Positions 50,480-63,469 are shown, counted from the whole stretch's first letter. The stretch is DNA of 63,469 nt, filler included, from Basidiobolus ranarum (GCA_040143965.1; 6 parts of 6 records of this genome joined end to end with filler, not necessarily neighbours in it); one strand, 5' to 3'. Notes: generated by a model from the sequence alone, not told the origin. Made by a program: numbers and translations.

Positions 50480-52419
50480 GTTAGGAAGCTTGTAAGAGGG
50501 AATGAATTGGCACGTCGTACACTGGTGAATCTACTACTCTAGCTGATTGTATGTAAGTCTTATATTCCTTTGATAGTACAAACTAGTTTGTTGTGAGTTT
50601 AATAAGTAAGAGAGATAGCAAGAAAAGTCATGCTGCATTTAGGGGGAAGTAGTCCTAGAAAACTAAAAACTTTCGGCTATTTCAGAGAAGAGAAGAAGTC
50701 GGAAATAAACAAGATAAAAGAGGTATAGCGATAGTTAATAAAGATAAAGACAGGAGAGTTTGTGAGGCTTAGGCTCCTGTCTAACAGTTGGAGTAGGGGA
50801 AATACTCTACCTTACGATGTTTACTCTGTATTACTGCATTCAAAATCATATCACTTCAGCGGTGCGATGTAGGTGCTAACGGGTGGTAGTGGTTGTAAAT
50901 GAAGGGATTTTAAAAATACTCCAACAACACATCAGATCTTGAAACGAATATCACATAAGAAACACCCAATTGTTTACTTGATGTTGAAGAAACAGCAGTA
51001 GAATTTTCCGCATTATATTGATATAAACTGAATACACTAGACGCTGCTCCCAATATTTTTTGGTTTTAACCTAAGCGCCTGGCTGTTAGCATATTCATGG
51101 CCATATTAGGAGAAAATATCGCTGCTCTGAAACGCTTTAGATTTTCCAAGAGTTATGCCATATCCAAAATCAAGCCTTTAGATTGGAGTATATCAAATGG
51201 ATCTTCGCAAATGCTTAACAACTTACATCATAATTTGATCAAGTGATGCTTATTTCTCGTTGGCAGATGCTGCATCCAAGCACGCTCTTGCTCTTCGTGA
51301 AAGCTTCAAGGAGATCCACGCAGGAGCTAGGTGTGGTTAGAGCGGGTGACAAATGAATCATCTAAAATTCAGAAAGCGAAGAGCGTTTCAATTGCACGCT
51401 CTTTTCCCCGTATGGACCTTTTCTCCCCTACCTATAGCGAGCAAAAGTTTAGTGTTGAGCAAATACTTTACCATCGTGTGATTGATGGATTGTACATGTC
51501 CAAGTATTTTCAACATCTTTCAGGCTCAGTTTAGGAAATAAATATCAAGCAGCTCAACAGCTAACAATGTCAGGAATCAGTTGAGAAATAAGATCATTTA
51601 TTTTTTCCCGGAGTCTTAAAAGTAACAAGGCAGCTTCTTAATTCTTGCTGTTGTAACGGAAGAAAGTAGTCCGAATATCTCATATATATATATATATATA
51701 GCCCTACATTATAAGGTTTATTATGGTGTGTTGGTTATTGCTGTATGTAGAGATGCCGTTACGATATATACACACGACGTTCAACATAAACGCAGTTGGT
51801 TGATGAGATATTTCAAAATTGTAGTACGCACTTTGCCATAACACTTGAACCCCCCTAATACTTACAACAGTATAGTTTCTCTTATAGAGGCATACCGTGT
51901 GTAGTTTCAGTATTCTCATACTCTATTTATGAGTTACTAGTACATCTGATTGTAGTTTAATCTCTATTAATAGTGCTTTGGCTCATTCTTGCTTAGGGCG
52001 TTTTTCAAAGTGTTATATTTTCATGTGTATTCTGGGCTATACTAGATAATCACTGCTTCTGGTTAAGCTGCTGTGGGAGTATTGATTAGCGTGAATCAAT
52101 ATTAGATGCTATTTTCTCTCTTTTAATGGCTATATGCTAGGTCGAATACGCAAACATAGTAGATTTATATCGCCCAATTGGTTGTCACACGTTACTGATA
52201 TTTTGGAAGAAGGCTGCTCATGTCCAACTTATCAAGGATTTAATTCTTTGCGATCAATATATATCCATATTAAGATCCAGTCCAATAACTCTAAACGCTA
52301 CTAGTCGTTTTTGTGTAACCAAGCTATTGCGGAAAAGACCGTTTCTTGGGGAAAATGCTGGTATAAAAGCCACAGTTTGAATACTTCACAATCATAATTA
52401 TTTGTAATACACTTTGTAC

Positions 52420-52891
52420 ATGTCTAACGCAGACGACCTTATCGACCCTGTTGAATATCTTACTTCAACTCTGCCTAATGCAGGCGTTTACACTCAAGCA
52501 CAGAGGCTAACCGGTGGACTCATTAACTATGTATGGAGAGTTCAAGTATCTTCAGACGACCCGAGTGCTCCAAAATCCGTGGTTATTAAACAATCCTTGC
52601 CCTGTCTTGCGTCGGACCCGGAGATTCAATTTTCTCAAGAAAGAATGGTAAGCGTCATCACTTGATTTATAATCGGTTTCCTCTGATCCTTAATTATTGC
52701 TAGATATTTGAGGCACGTGCTCTCGTATTCTTCTCTGGAGAAACTGTATCCGGATCACTGTCACTTCCTATTTGTCTAGATGCTTCAGTAAAGCAAAAGT
52801 ATGACAACATTCGGATTCCAAAGATAATCCATTTTGACCCAGAGAAATATATATTTGTGATGGAAGTTTTTGGTGGCCGTGCTAAGCTTTA
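52420..52891 (+). CDS. APH/methylthioribose-kinase-like phosphotransferase, N-lobe, truncated by the gap
   Basis: RLTGGLINYVWRV, SVVIKQSLPCL, QERMIFEARAL across an intron at about 52648-52702, then RIPKIIHFDPEKYIFVME. Confidence 0.75.
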
Positions 52892-52991
52892 NNNNNNNNN
52901 NNNNNNNNNNNNNNNNNNNNNNNNNNNNNNNNNNNTTAATTAATTAANNNNNNNNNNNNNNNNNNNNNNNNNNNNNNNNNNNNNNNNNNNN
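52892..52991. other. Assembly gap/linker
   Basis: N-run with TTAATTAATTAA. Confidence 0.99.
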
Positions 52992-53489
52992 CTTGTATTT
53001 TTTGATTCTCATTATGGCTGGAATACAAAGCCTAAAATATCTTAATAAAGGCATGCATATTAATTCAAATTCCTACAGCAGTAAACCCAGTAATTTGCCA
53101 TTTGAAAATTAGTTTCTTTGTAAAAATTGTTGGAAATTAAATAATGGAAGCCAAATATGAGGATCAATATTTTACCATGTATGATTACCATCAAAATACC
53201 ATCAAGAAACCACCATCTTACTATCAAAATCCCTGGCAGAATGCAAGCCACCAACATTGTGATGGTCCTCTGATGATTTTGTGATCCAGAAAGGTGGATC
53301 CAATCCAGATCAAACTGGTTTTATTTTTGTTAGAGGAAACAGAAAGCAACTTATCTATAGCAGCTATACTCTAAATAGGAATATCTCTATATTTATATAA
53401 CAAATATATCTTAATACTCCCACTTATCTATTTTATCTTATTACACAAACTCCTGAACATATCAAATAATTGATTCACTTCTTGACTAT

Positions 53490-54045
53490 ATAGGTCTCTA
53501 TACTCTTCTAAGAATAAAGTAACTAAATCACTATCATAAATTGCCTCCAATGTACAGAGTCTACTCCCAATATGTCAAGATTGTCCAACAACTTTATAAT
53601 TCACTGATTCTAGTTGTTGGGCATGTTTCTTGACATATTCACATATGTCATAATATCTGAATCCTCAGACATATGAGAGTTTTAGAATTTCTCTCACAGC
53701 ATCATCAAGTGAGCAAGCCCTTTTTGCTCATGATGTTCCACTAGGATTTCCCATGCATTCTTGGCAGAATCAGCATCTCTAACTAGCATAAGTTGTTGTG
53801 ATCCTAGTTTTAGATCTATTTCTCTAAATGCCAATCTGTCTTTTTATTTGAAGGTTACCCTGGCTTCTTTATGGGTTGGCCTCTTTGTTTCAGTGCCAGA
53901 ATCTGTACTCTCTTCTTGAGAAGTTTCTTCATCTGGTTGAACTACTTCCTAGACATGTTTCCTTTCAAGCATAAGTTGCATTTTGAATTTCCATTCATGG
54001 AAATCTTCCCCATTGAACATTGGAATATTAGTAATCTCCTTTTGG
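53490..54045 (-). mobile_element. Degenerate Ty1/copia LTR-retrotransposon gag (UBN2-type)
   Basis: Manual translation gives IPMFNGEDFHEWKFKMQLMLERKHV*EVV and, after a frameshift, LAFREIDLKLGSQQLMLVRDADSAKNAWEILVEHHEQKGLAHLMML*EKF*, which are copia gag signatures. Confidence 0.85.
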
Positions 54046-54075
54046 GAAGAAGATTCTAATGTTAAAATTAGCTTT

Positions 54076-54327
54076 GCCTAAACACCTATATAGTCATATA
54101 TAGCTTAGTACTTAGTTATCTTATATTTCACTAAGATATTATCCATTATTCTCAATTGGAATTTACTTAGAAGTTCTCAGATATATAGATTTTGATAACT
54201 TGTGCTAGAAGCCCCAAACTTTGAACACATGTTCCTGGGACCTTCCTTAACACTTTCTACATGTTAGTTTGTTTTCATCTTGACGAAACAAAAAATGTCA
54301 ACTTTCAACACAATATATCAATAAGTG
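54076..54327 (-). repeat. Dispersed repeat copy 2, immediately 5' of the copia gag (candidate LTR or leader)
   Basis: Similar to 47332-47601. No clean TG...CA ends or PBS identified. Confidence 0.75.
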
Positions 54328-54962
54328 TACACCACCCATCTCTCTAATTCTCCAAACCACTTCCAACAAGCACCCAAAATACTTCAACAATATCTAGATA
54401 GCAAAAAATAGGATTTGAACAGAGCGTCATTATAGACCTCATGTGACAATTACACACTAAATATCAAATCTAACATAACCTTTTAGACCTGTAATGAATT
54501 ATCCTCCATTCCATGAGATTTATTTACATACAAATGAAATACATATTCCAAATTGCACCTTTTAATATAATTTCAGTAGCATCGGTAAACCAATCCACCA
54601 CTGGCACTGAAACATTCAGATTCATCATGATGATGATGAATACATTTACTATTAATGATACTGTAATGATAACGTTACTCAGTGGAAAGGCACATGCAAA
54701 CGAGCATAATAGGACATCCTCTTGATAACATGAAGCATGTGACCATTTAATGGGAATCACAGTTACTTGCATTTCATAGCACTACATGTTAGGCAATGAC
54801 TGGGGTTACCATTTATAGGATTAGTTGTTGATTACGATGTATAAGATTGGTTAAATTTAGGGGTTTAAATGTACACTTCACGGGTTGACTTTATACACTT
54901 TGATTTCCTTGATGATAGGGAGATCAAATTACGAAACTATGGAATTACTTTCGTCGATACTG

Positions 54963-56342
54963 TTAGTAGTAGTAATCGCTCTCGTAAGGCTCGTAATACG
55001 AATCACATGAACCAGTTGAGGTGTTTGACATACGACGATTGAATTCAATGATTTGAAGTCTCTCCATGTATTTGTCGTATTCAGTGCCTTGAAACTCTTC
55101 TTCAGAGGCTGTCATAAATGGATGCTTTAACGTTTCGCTAGCATCAGGTCGCTTTTCTGGATCTGTACTCAGCATTGACTTTAAAAGGTCCGCAGCGTGA
55201 TAAATAATATCTGGATATAGTTTCAAGTCGCGATCCAGCAATAACTCTTCTAACGAGGTACAGATCATCTCTGTAGTTGTAGCTCGTACCATATTACTAC
55301 CGAGATAGTTCAATTGACAGTCTGGTAGATAGGATTCGATCATCTCTCCAAGTAAGATCCCCGCGCTATAAATATCTGGCTTTGTTCCTCGAGCATTCCC
55401 TTGGTACACCTCGGGGGCAATGTAACCAGGTGTACCACAAGCATTGTGTGGTTGACTGGAACACCGACTACATAGTCCAAAGTCAATAACAACTAAATGC
55501 CCCTCTTGATCCACCATAAGATTTGCTGGTGTAAGATCCATATGAACAATACCGTCTTTATGCAAACCTTCTAGAGCCTATATATTACCATGTATTTAAG
55601 TAAATGTCTTTCTTTGTAAATAGTTGCAAAAGCCTTTACCTCAAGTAGATCATGAATTAATCGCTGCACGTCACTCAAGTTTCTCTTGCCGATGGTTAGA
55701 TCTTTGAGTTTAGGCAGCACTATGACAATTTGACCATCATCATCAAGGTAATTGTCTTCAAGTCGGATTACATGGGGTACATGGCTTACTTGCTTGAGAA
55801 CCTCGATTTCCTTTTCAGCAAGTTTACGAGATGGGACTGTTTTGAATGCCACCGGTGCACAATCCTCCAAACGTATACCAAACTCGATTAGTGACAGTTC
55901 GGTCTGTGAAGAGAAGTAAGGTTTGAATAAGAGTTAAAACAACAGACAAGGTGTGGACTTGACATACCGTGAATTTCTTGAGCTTGTCGTTGACTAGATA
56001 CTTCTTTTGGTCTCGACATGGATAACGTTCGCATGGTGCTTTATACACGTAATCTTTACATTCCTTTACACATATCTCAGCACACTTGATTTCTTCCTGA
56101 CTTCTTGTTACCGGTGAAGCAGGGATATTCGTTGAGATAGATCGAGAATGAGTAAGCCTGTGTCGAAGACTCTTGAGTAATTTCCGTGGAGCACTCGAAG
56201 GGGATAGATGCAGGTTACTGAAGCTATGATGGGTGGTGGTGAATTCGTCGTCTGAGGAGGTTTTCGAACGACACAGTGGTGGCCTCTCTAGATCTTTCAT
56301 TCCATGGAAGGAAGGCAGATGTATGGACAAGTGGCGTAGCAT
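54963..56342 (-). CDS. Ser/Thr protein kinase-like protein with atypical motifs, 3 exons
   Basis: Exons 55968-56342, 55640-55903, 54963-55577. VAFK, EKEI, HMDLTPANL, DFG, GTPGYIAPE, DIYSAG, DPEKRP..HPF. Confidence 0.88.
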
Positions 56343-58661
56343 GGCGAAGTCTATATGAAGTCTTATATTTCGGGGGTTAGAATGACGGACGATCAAGTTG
56401 ATAAGTCAAAAGGAGCAAAGAGCGCGTAGTGTTTATTGAGTGGGGAAAGATAAGTACGTAAAATTGCGTTACGATAGGATGAATTAGGAATATAAATGGC
56501 AGATAAGCTCAGAAAGCATGTGAAAACAAGGAGGATTAAGTAGGCTAGAGGTGATTCAGGAGTACTTCACTAGTGAAATCGATACTTACATATGAACTCA
56601 GATTGATTCTCGAGATGTGCGGGCAACTGTTGTTTGAAACTGCTTATAGACCTATATATATGTGTGTTTAGAGTGAAGTGCGATCCTGACGATAATAGGA
56701 TGATAGAAGCACATTATCACAGGCGCTTGGAATATAATATAAGGGCCGCTGGATGAAAAATGCTGATCTTAGAGCAGGAGTTGCCTTTGTATTGTTAATA
56801 TATTTATATATATTGAACTATTCTTTCTCAAGGGACCGATAAGGTCTTGGACAATGATTAGTTGACGTTGAGCTCCTGCATTCTGATATTATTGATGCTG
56901 TCAAAATAGGCTACTTTTGGAAAATGGGATCAGGTTATCATCATTTTAAATTACTGAGTTCGAATGAGGTCAATTTCCAAAACAACGTGACTGGCGGATA
57001 TCCAAGAGAAGTCACCGAGATAGCACAAGACATACCATATGCTCCAGTATTTGTGCTCCAGTATTTGTGCAGAGGGTAATTGTGGATAGGATCATGCACA
57101 TGTCTCCTTGTAAGCACTTTCTTCCATAGATTTACCATCGATAAGCACTTCCACATGAATGTTTGATGTACACGCGAAACACTCAGTTAGTCTTTGGATC
57201 AAACATAGCTCTAGCCTTAGCCCCAGTATAGATCCAATAGACTTTTCCATGTGATTAAATCTCGGGAATTAAGCAAGATTAAGTTCAGTTTTCGCGAGGT
57301 TGGCTTTTTGCCGAAGAAGGACACTTCCAATCACACTTTCCATGATGGAGCGATGCAACCATAGAGATGACACATGTGAATATATGCTAGGATTATGTCA
57401 TCCACAGTATATTGCAAACTCATAATGAAACTCATTGATACCCGGTTTTAACCGAACCGGCCTAAAGAGTTTAATCGATATATAGGAAAAGAATGAATTC
57501 ACAGGCCTTTACCCGACAGTTAATAGAAGCCTACAGTGACGAAGAAAGCACGTAAAGTTGTACGGATTGGTCAGAATCAGTGATGTTTATCATTAAGCTT
57601 AAGTCTTTGTAAGCATACTGGGTGTTGATAATGTAATCCGAAGGTGGGCATCGTAATGGCGGGAACTTTATATTTACCCATTTAATTTTCATATATATCG
57701 ACTCTTGCTGAGGCCAGTTGTGAAAACTAATTATGTAACATGACCAGTCGGAGTGCTTGAAATCTCAGCCAATTGTTTGTCTGAACACATCACGAGATTT
57801 TGGGCGTTAATCATTGTGCAAGTTTCATCTATGTAACATTATCGAAGAACAGAGATTAAATATAAGCGCCCATCTGAACTTGAGTAGTGACAGCTATCTA
57901 ACTAAACCACTTTTCAAAGTTAAGCATACTTCTATGCTGTTTGATTAAAATTGAAATCAAAGAGTTCTAGACTTGCCTTGCTTTGGGTACTAAACAGGAA
58001 ATCAGGTCGTTCCAATGGTAACACTTGGCAGTGGTCCAACTAGAGTGATATTTGCTGGGCCAAGGAAGGCCTACTGGCAATCTCATCAACTCTTGATTCT
58101 ACTGGCTAGGACTGTCGAATTTGCAAAACTCTTCGAAAATGTCCTCATCGGGGATGGTAATGATTGGCCAGCGATTAATGCTCGTTTCTTTTCTTGTCAT
58201 TGATTCTTAGGGTATCTCGCTAAACACCACTTCCTCAGAATCAAGGATATCGACACTGCAATAAAGTATGTTGAAGAAAGTTGCAGGCAAGATTAGTCAT
58301 CGCCACAAGTTCATATTGGCTCTAGTTAGAGGGCATATGTATGCTTGTCCTACACGCGAAGTCCACACTATTTTCCTCTTAATGAGATTGATTTTAATCC
58401 CTAGACGATTAGATATACCCTGGATCTCTGTGATTTTAGATCTAAAGGTTAAATAAAATAGAATCTAATCCACTGCGGGAACTGCTTAGGATTTTTGTTT
58501 CCTTTTTCTTGTTTGGACTGTTACATTGTACTAAACGGTCTTGAATTAGTCTTGCAAAGCTTCGCGGTGCCCTAGGTTCCTTAATAACTCATATTTACTA
58601 ACTTCATCTCTTCTCAACATCCCCTAGCAGCTTCTTGCTTGCCTATTTCTAGTGACGAAAA

Positions 58662-59612
58662 ATGTCGCATTTTACCCCCTACGACTTTTTGGCCGCTTTA
58701 AACAACGGAACTGAAGCTTCCCCTGACCTTGGTGCAAAGGACATCAAAGAAGAATTGGATCTATGGAGTAGCGCCCAATTCACCTTTGATACGAATAATT
58801 TTCATAACAACATGATGAACCAGACTTCCTTTGACTCTTTCAACATGTTGAACATGCAAACACCTGGTATGTAAAGCTACTTCCAGACCAATTTGACTCC
58901 CTCTTTCTCCACGTCCACGAAGAATTTTCCAACATCTTAAGTAAACCTTCGTAACTAATACTTGACTTATTTAGTGGATACTCCAAACTTAAGCCAAGCT
59001 GCTCTTTCTCCCATGTTCAACTTCTTTGGAGATAACGCTGGAGGAAATTTTTCGAGTTTGATGTCTCCACATCCCTCTTTCCCAGTATCTTCCATAAGCC
59101 CCCCAATCGATCAAAATCAACCCCAACAGACCATTATCTCGAACAACTCTTACGGTCCTATTCTCTCTGAGACCTCTCCGGTTGTATCCACAGTTTCTCA
59201 ACCTCTTTCGAGTGCTCCTGGATCGACTGTTTCTACACCTAAAATTGGTAATGTTAGCCGTAAAGGCAGTATTAAGGCATCTGCAAAAAGCGCTCAACCT
59301 GAAATCGACGAAGAGGAAACTGGAACCGACAAAGTAGCGGCTGAGGAAGATAAACGTAGACGTAATACCGCCGCCTCTGCTCGATTCAGAATTAAAAAGA
59401 AATTGAGAGAGCAAACGTTGGAAAAGACTGCCAAAGAAATGACCACTAGAGCAGAATTAATGGAGGGAAAAGTGAAAGAATTAGAAATGGAAATTAAGTG
59501 GTTGCGTGGTCTATTGTTAGAGAAAAACCCCTCTTTGTTAGAACACCCACCTAGCTTCAAAAAACAAAAGATCGAAAAAGAACTGGAGGAAGATACCGAG
59601 TTATTGGCTTGA
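58662..59612 (+). CDS. metR: bZIP transcription factor, MetR/CYS-3/Zip1 sulfur-regulator type
   Basis: N-terminal EELDLWSSAQFTFD, one intron (about 58867-58974), basic region EEDKRRRNTAASARFRIKKK and a leucine zipper ending WLRGLL. Confidence 0.82.
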
Positions 59613-60551
59613 AACTATTCAGGTGATATACTCTGTTTTCAAGTGTCTGGTTTCTAGCATTCCGTATAATCTGAAAGAACATTTTTTTACAAACTTGGAT
59701 TTTTAACCTCATTACTTTCTTTACCAATGTCTAACACTTTATATGAATATGTATGGAGACACTTCCACGAAAACTAGATCATCCCAGCTATGGAATTTTT
59801 TACTTGAGCTGAGAATTTTCGTTTCTGATGAATGAAATATGACCTTCTCATAGTTGACAATTCCCCCATTTCCATCATTTTTTTCATTCAGTCCAGAACA
59901 TGTTCGAATAAAATATGTTTTGTAAGCTTGGCAGGACAGTTCATCTTGGAGCATATTCTCAGGAAATGCGATAAAATCATTAGAATACTCAAGCTAACCA
60001 CACCATCTACTTTTTTTCCTACTTCTTGTGGTCTACGACATTATCTTTGGTATAATAAACACAGATAGAACCTATTTATCATTCGCTAAGCGCATCGAAG
60101 AATTCTTTAAATTGTTTATAGTAAGATGCTCGCCCGAACTCCAAACAATGTTTCTAGATGGTTGCAGGTCTGAGGTTTTCAACTACGTTTCTTTTCATTT
60201 GCAAATGAGAAAGATTTTGTCGAGAGAGATTTTAACAAACACAGAAGGGAGTAGAGTTTACGAGATTGTGAAGCCACTTAAAAGTATTCTCAACACTAAA
60301 CATATGTGAGAAACTAAATCTCAAGTCATATGAACTTGTAGTTATTTCACTACTTGTCTATTACACGCCTATGGTATGGGAAATAAATAATAAGCCACAG
60401 GTTACAAAAATTTACTAGCTATAATCTGACCTTAATTTTGATATTACGTTCTACAAGATTTTCGATTTTCAATCATCAAACGTATATTGAATAGTTAGGT
60501 TAGGTTTGGTTAGGAACCATCTTCCATACTTTGACTAGGAAGGCTTAAAAA

Positions 60552-62495
60552 ATGGGAATTATTGACTGCCCCAAAACTCTTGCAGAATTGTCTTATGACG
60601 ACGATGATCTTCCAACTGAGACATCTTTAAAGCAGGTTGTTATAAAGTAAAGGTGTTTAAGTTTGATCGCGTCGTTAACCAAGTTTTTATCGTTAGAATG
60701 AAGTAGAGGAGAACGTTGGGTTGTTTTTTAGAAAGTACAAGACAAACTCACTCTCAAAAGAAAGGTAATCTCTTGAAGTATTCGGTTTTGGGCCTTCTCT
60801 AGCTGACTTGTTCCTTTGCACCGTAGCATTATTCTTCGTAGAGAGGCTCACATAAAGTTTACCATGAAGGGATTAGAATCCTTAAACCAATTTTTCGTCG
60901 TTCTAGACGCTAGTAAGCCTTGGCTTTGCTACTGGATGTTACATTCACTTGATCTGTTGGGACATGAGCTAACAGAAGAACTCAAAGAAAGGTTAGATCT
61001 TTGATTCTCTTGCTTTTTACATTAAGGTATTTGTGTTTAGACTTTCTATTTACTTTCAATAGAGGGATTTCGACTTTGGAGAAATGTCAAAATGTCACTG
61101 GCGGCTTTGGAGGTGGCCCTAATCAAATGTCCCACTTGGCCCCAACTTATGCTGCTGTAAACTCTTTGGCTATTATTGGAACTCCTGACGCCTACGATAT
61201 CATCAACAGGTATATAGTAATATATCTGATGTTATTATTAAAGCTATTGTTAACACTGTCGTCATCTCTAGAGAAACACTATATCAGTGGTTGCTCAGCT
61301 TAAAGCAGCCTGATGGATCTTTTATCATGCATGTTGGTGGTGAAGTTGATGTTAGGTGATACTTTAAAATATATATAGCTCAGATAAAAAGCCAGAGAAA
61401 ATCGCAAACTAAAATTTGTATTTACGCAGAGGTTGTTATTGCGCTTTATCTGTGGCATCTCTTTTAAATATTCTTACTCCTGAGTTGATGGATGGTACTG
61501 CTGAATTTATTGCAAGGTACATAGATGTTATTAGCAACGGTAACAAAGTGATCACCAAGTAATCTCTTTTTCGCTTTATTCTCTCAAGATGTCAAACATA
61601 TGAAGGAGGAATCAGTGCTTACCCCAACTCAGAGGCTCATGGTGGTTACGCTTATTGTGGCCTTGCTGCTATGGAAATATTAGGAAAGCCAGAATTGTTG
61701 AATCTTCCTCGTTTAGTGGTAATATATATCACTTATCTTTTAAGAAACCCTCCTAGGAATTAACTACTAACGATTAATCAAGGAATGGGCAGTTTCGCGA
61801 CAAATGAAATTAGAAGGTGGCTTTCAAGGGCGTACTAATAAGCTTGTTGATGGATGCTATTCTTTGTGGATGGGTGGTTTATTCCCGCTGTTAGAGTCCA
61901 TCCTGGTAAGAATGGAAACTGCCCCCAATTGCAAACAATATCTTGAAGAGAACTCTTTATATGATAAAGGTACATGTCTCATTGTCACTCGTTCATTATG
62001 AATCAGTTATTAAATAAGGTTACTGGATAAAGAGGCGCTGCAAGAGTATATCCTACTGTGTTGCCAAAAGCCTAGCGGAGGCCTTCGTGATAAGCCTGGG
62101 ATGTAAGTTGCGAATGGTTACCAAGTGAGCAGAAATGTCTACTAATGCTATTACCCATAGGAATCCCGACTACTATCACACTTGCTATTGTTTGAGTGGG
62201 CTATCTCACACTCAAAATCGAGTGACACGAGGAGAAGATACCTCTAAGATTGATATGTCCAAGTCACCTGGTCTATGTTCTTTGCTCTGGCAGCCTCTTG
62301 AGTCTCACCCATCTGTTATTGGAGACAAAAGCAATCTTGTGGTATGTAGTTCATATATATGTAATTCATAATGCATCTATTAACGACGGTTTTGAATAGC
62401 GACCTACTCATCCAATCCATAACATCAGTGTGGAGTCAGTTCACAACATCATGTTGCACTTCTATGGAAACGATGCCACTCAAGTGTTAAATTAA
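60552..62495 (+). CDS. RAM1: Protein farnesyltransferase beta subunit, multi-exon
   Basis: LDASKPWLCYWMLHSL, GGFGGGPNQMSHLAPTYAAV, GEVDVRGCYCA, EAHGGYAYCG, GRTNKLVDGCYS, DYYHTCYCLSGLS. Confidence 0.96.
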
Positions 62496-62978
62496 AAAAG
62501 AATCTTTCTTGTATTTATTAGTCAATTTGTAAAAGTTTCTAATTTTCCAACCTGAGCTGAGTGTACGCAATAAACCTCACCACTTCAATTGAATGCTATA
62601 TGAACAGTAACTATGAATGCGCATGTACAAGTTGTCTGTGCATGCACACTGAAATGAAATCGCGCAAGGAATGCAACTACATCTCATGAAACAGATCGGA
62701 ACAGATATGAATTGCGATTGCTCTTAATGTAGTAGAATAAGTCACAACACTCGTGAGTAGGAAATCTTTAGGTAATCGAAGGATTACCATATGTAGTATT
62801 TGTATTATTATTGATAGTAGTAATAGTAATAGTAGTAGCAATAGTGATCACTGAGTACATTACTAAATTGATTTCAGCGTAGATTATTCGCGATCAAATT
62901 CAAGATATTAAAAGCGGATTAAAAGTACACTCACGTCGTCTTTTGTCAAACAAGTAGCTTTTAGAGCATCTCCTTTGA

Positions 62979-63469
62979 ATGCAAGCCAATATTTTTATTA
63001 GGCCAAGTCCGCGTTCAATCGCAATATGGCCTACTCAAGTTTCACATAGAGAAACCTCACATCTGTTAATCATCAAATTAAGAGATTTACATGGGTCAGA
63101 AGAAGCCAAATGTTCTGTCGAGATGATCTCCGAAGATTTATGGGACCCCGAAGGTTACCTTCGACTTGATTGCGGTCCAGTATACGGATGTCTGGGGTTG
63201 ATATCCGCATACAATGGTTAGTCGAAAATAATAGCCTTTGTTTTTTTAATAATAGAATACTTAGCCATTCATCATAGACATTCTTCTTGGCTTTGTCACG
63301 AAGCACCAAATGTTGAACGAGATTCAACCGGGAGAAACCATTCACAGAGTTCGTGACATTGGTTTTCTTTCTTTAGCTAATGGTCGGTACGATGAGATGT
63401 TTGGGAATGAACATTATTCAAGTGACCAGGAAAATATTAGTACTTTTCAGCCATATCACGAGCTGAGGA
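62979..63469 (+). CDS. 5' end of a synaptojanin-like (Inp52/Inp53/Syj1) phosphoinositide phosphatase, SAC1-like domain
   Basis: PRSIAI..CSVEM..YGCLGLISAYN, then an intron (about 63217-63277), then DILLGFVT..PGETIHRVRDIGFLSL..QPYHELR, open to the window end. Confidence 0.8.

Noticed and set aside
51682-51700. (AT)n microsatellite, and the (TAG/TAA)n run near 62815-62845
   Set aside because: Ordinary simple repeats.
47332-54327. Two direct repeats 6.7 kb apart as paired LTRs of one element carrying host genes
   Set aside because: They sit on different unlinked contigs separated by a linker, and they are visibly diverged.
63073-63345. Minus-strand 90-aa ORF
   Set aside because: Antisense shadow of the synaptojanin-like gene on the + strand.

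Overview
Intron-rich, AT-rich eukaryotic DNA. Gene families and short GT-AG introns point to an early-diverging fungus (Zoopagomycota/Mucoromycota-like; inference). The window is not one locus: five 100-nt N-gaps with a TTAATTAATTAA linker join six contigs of steadily falling length (10515, 10501, 10499, 10494, 10482, 10478 bp), so adjacency across gaps carries no information. About 23 genes or gene fragments are recognisable. They include ESA1, an ABCB8-type transporter, a CreA/Mig1-like zinc finger, CK2-beta, DIB1, LACTB2, a DEDDy exonuclease, a MetR-like bZIP, RAM1 and a synaptojanin 5' end. Highlights: (1) a co-oriented GH20 hexosaminidase, GlcNAc-6P deacetylase and GlcN-6P deaminase cluster on one contig; (2) a 5-exon REC114 homologue that the ORF track fragments; (3) a decayed Ty1/copia gag in 1.3 kb with no CpG, next to a dispersed LTR-like repeat; (4) a bacterial-type MFS gene with introns; (5) an orphan protein with a Bni4/neurabin-type PP1-docking module; (6) an atypical kinase; (7) a RasGAP-like plus VPS9-like plus Sel1 protein. 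All calls were made by eye and no database searches were run.
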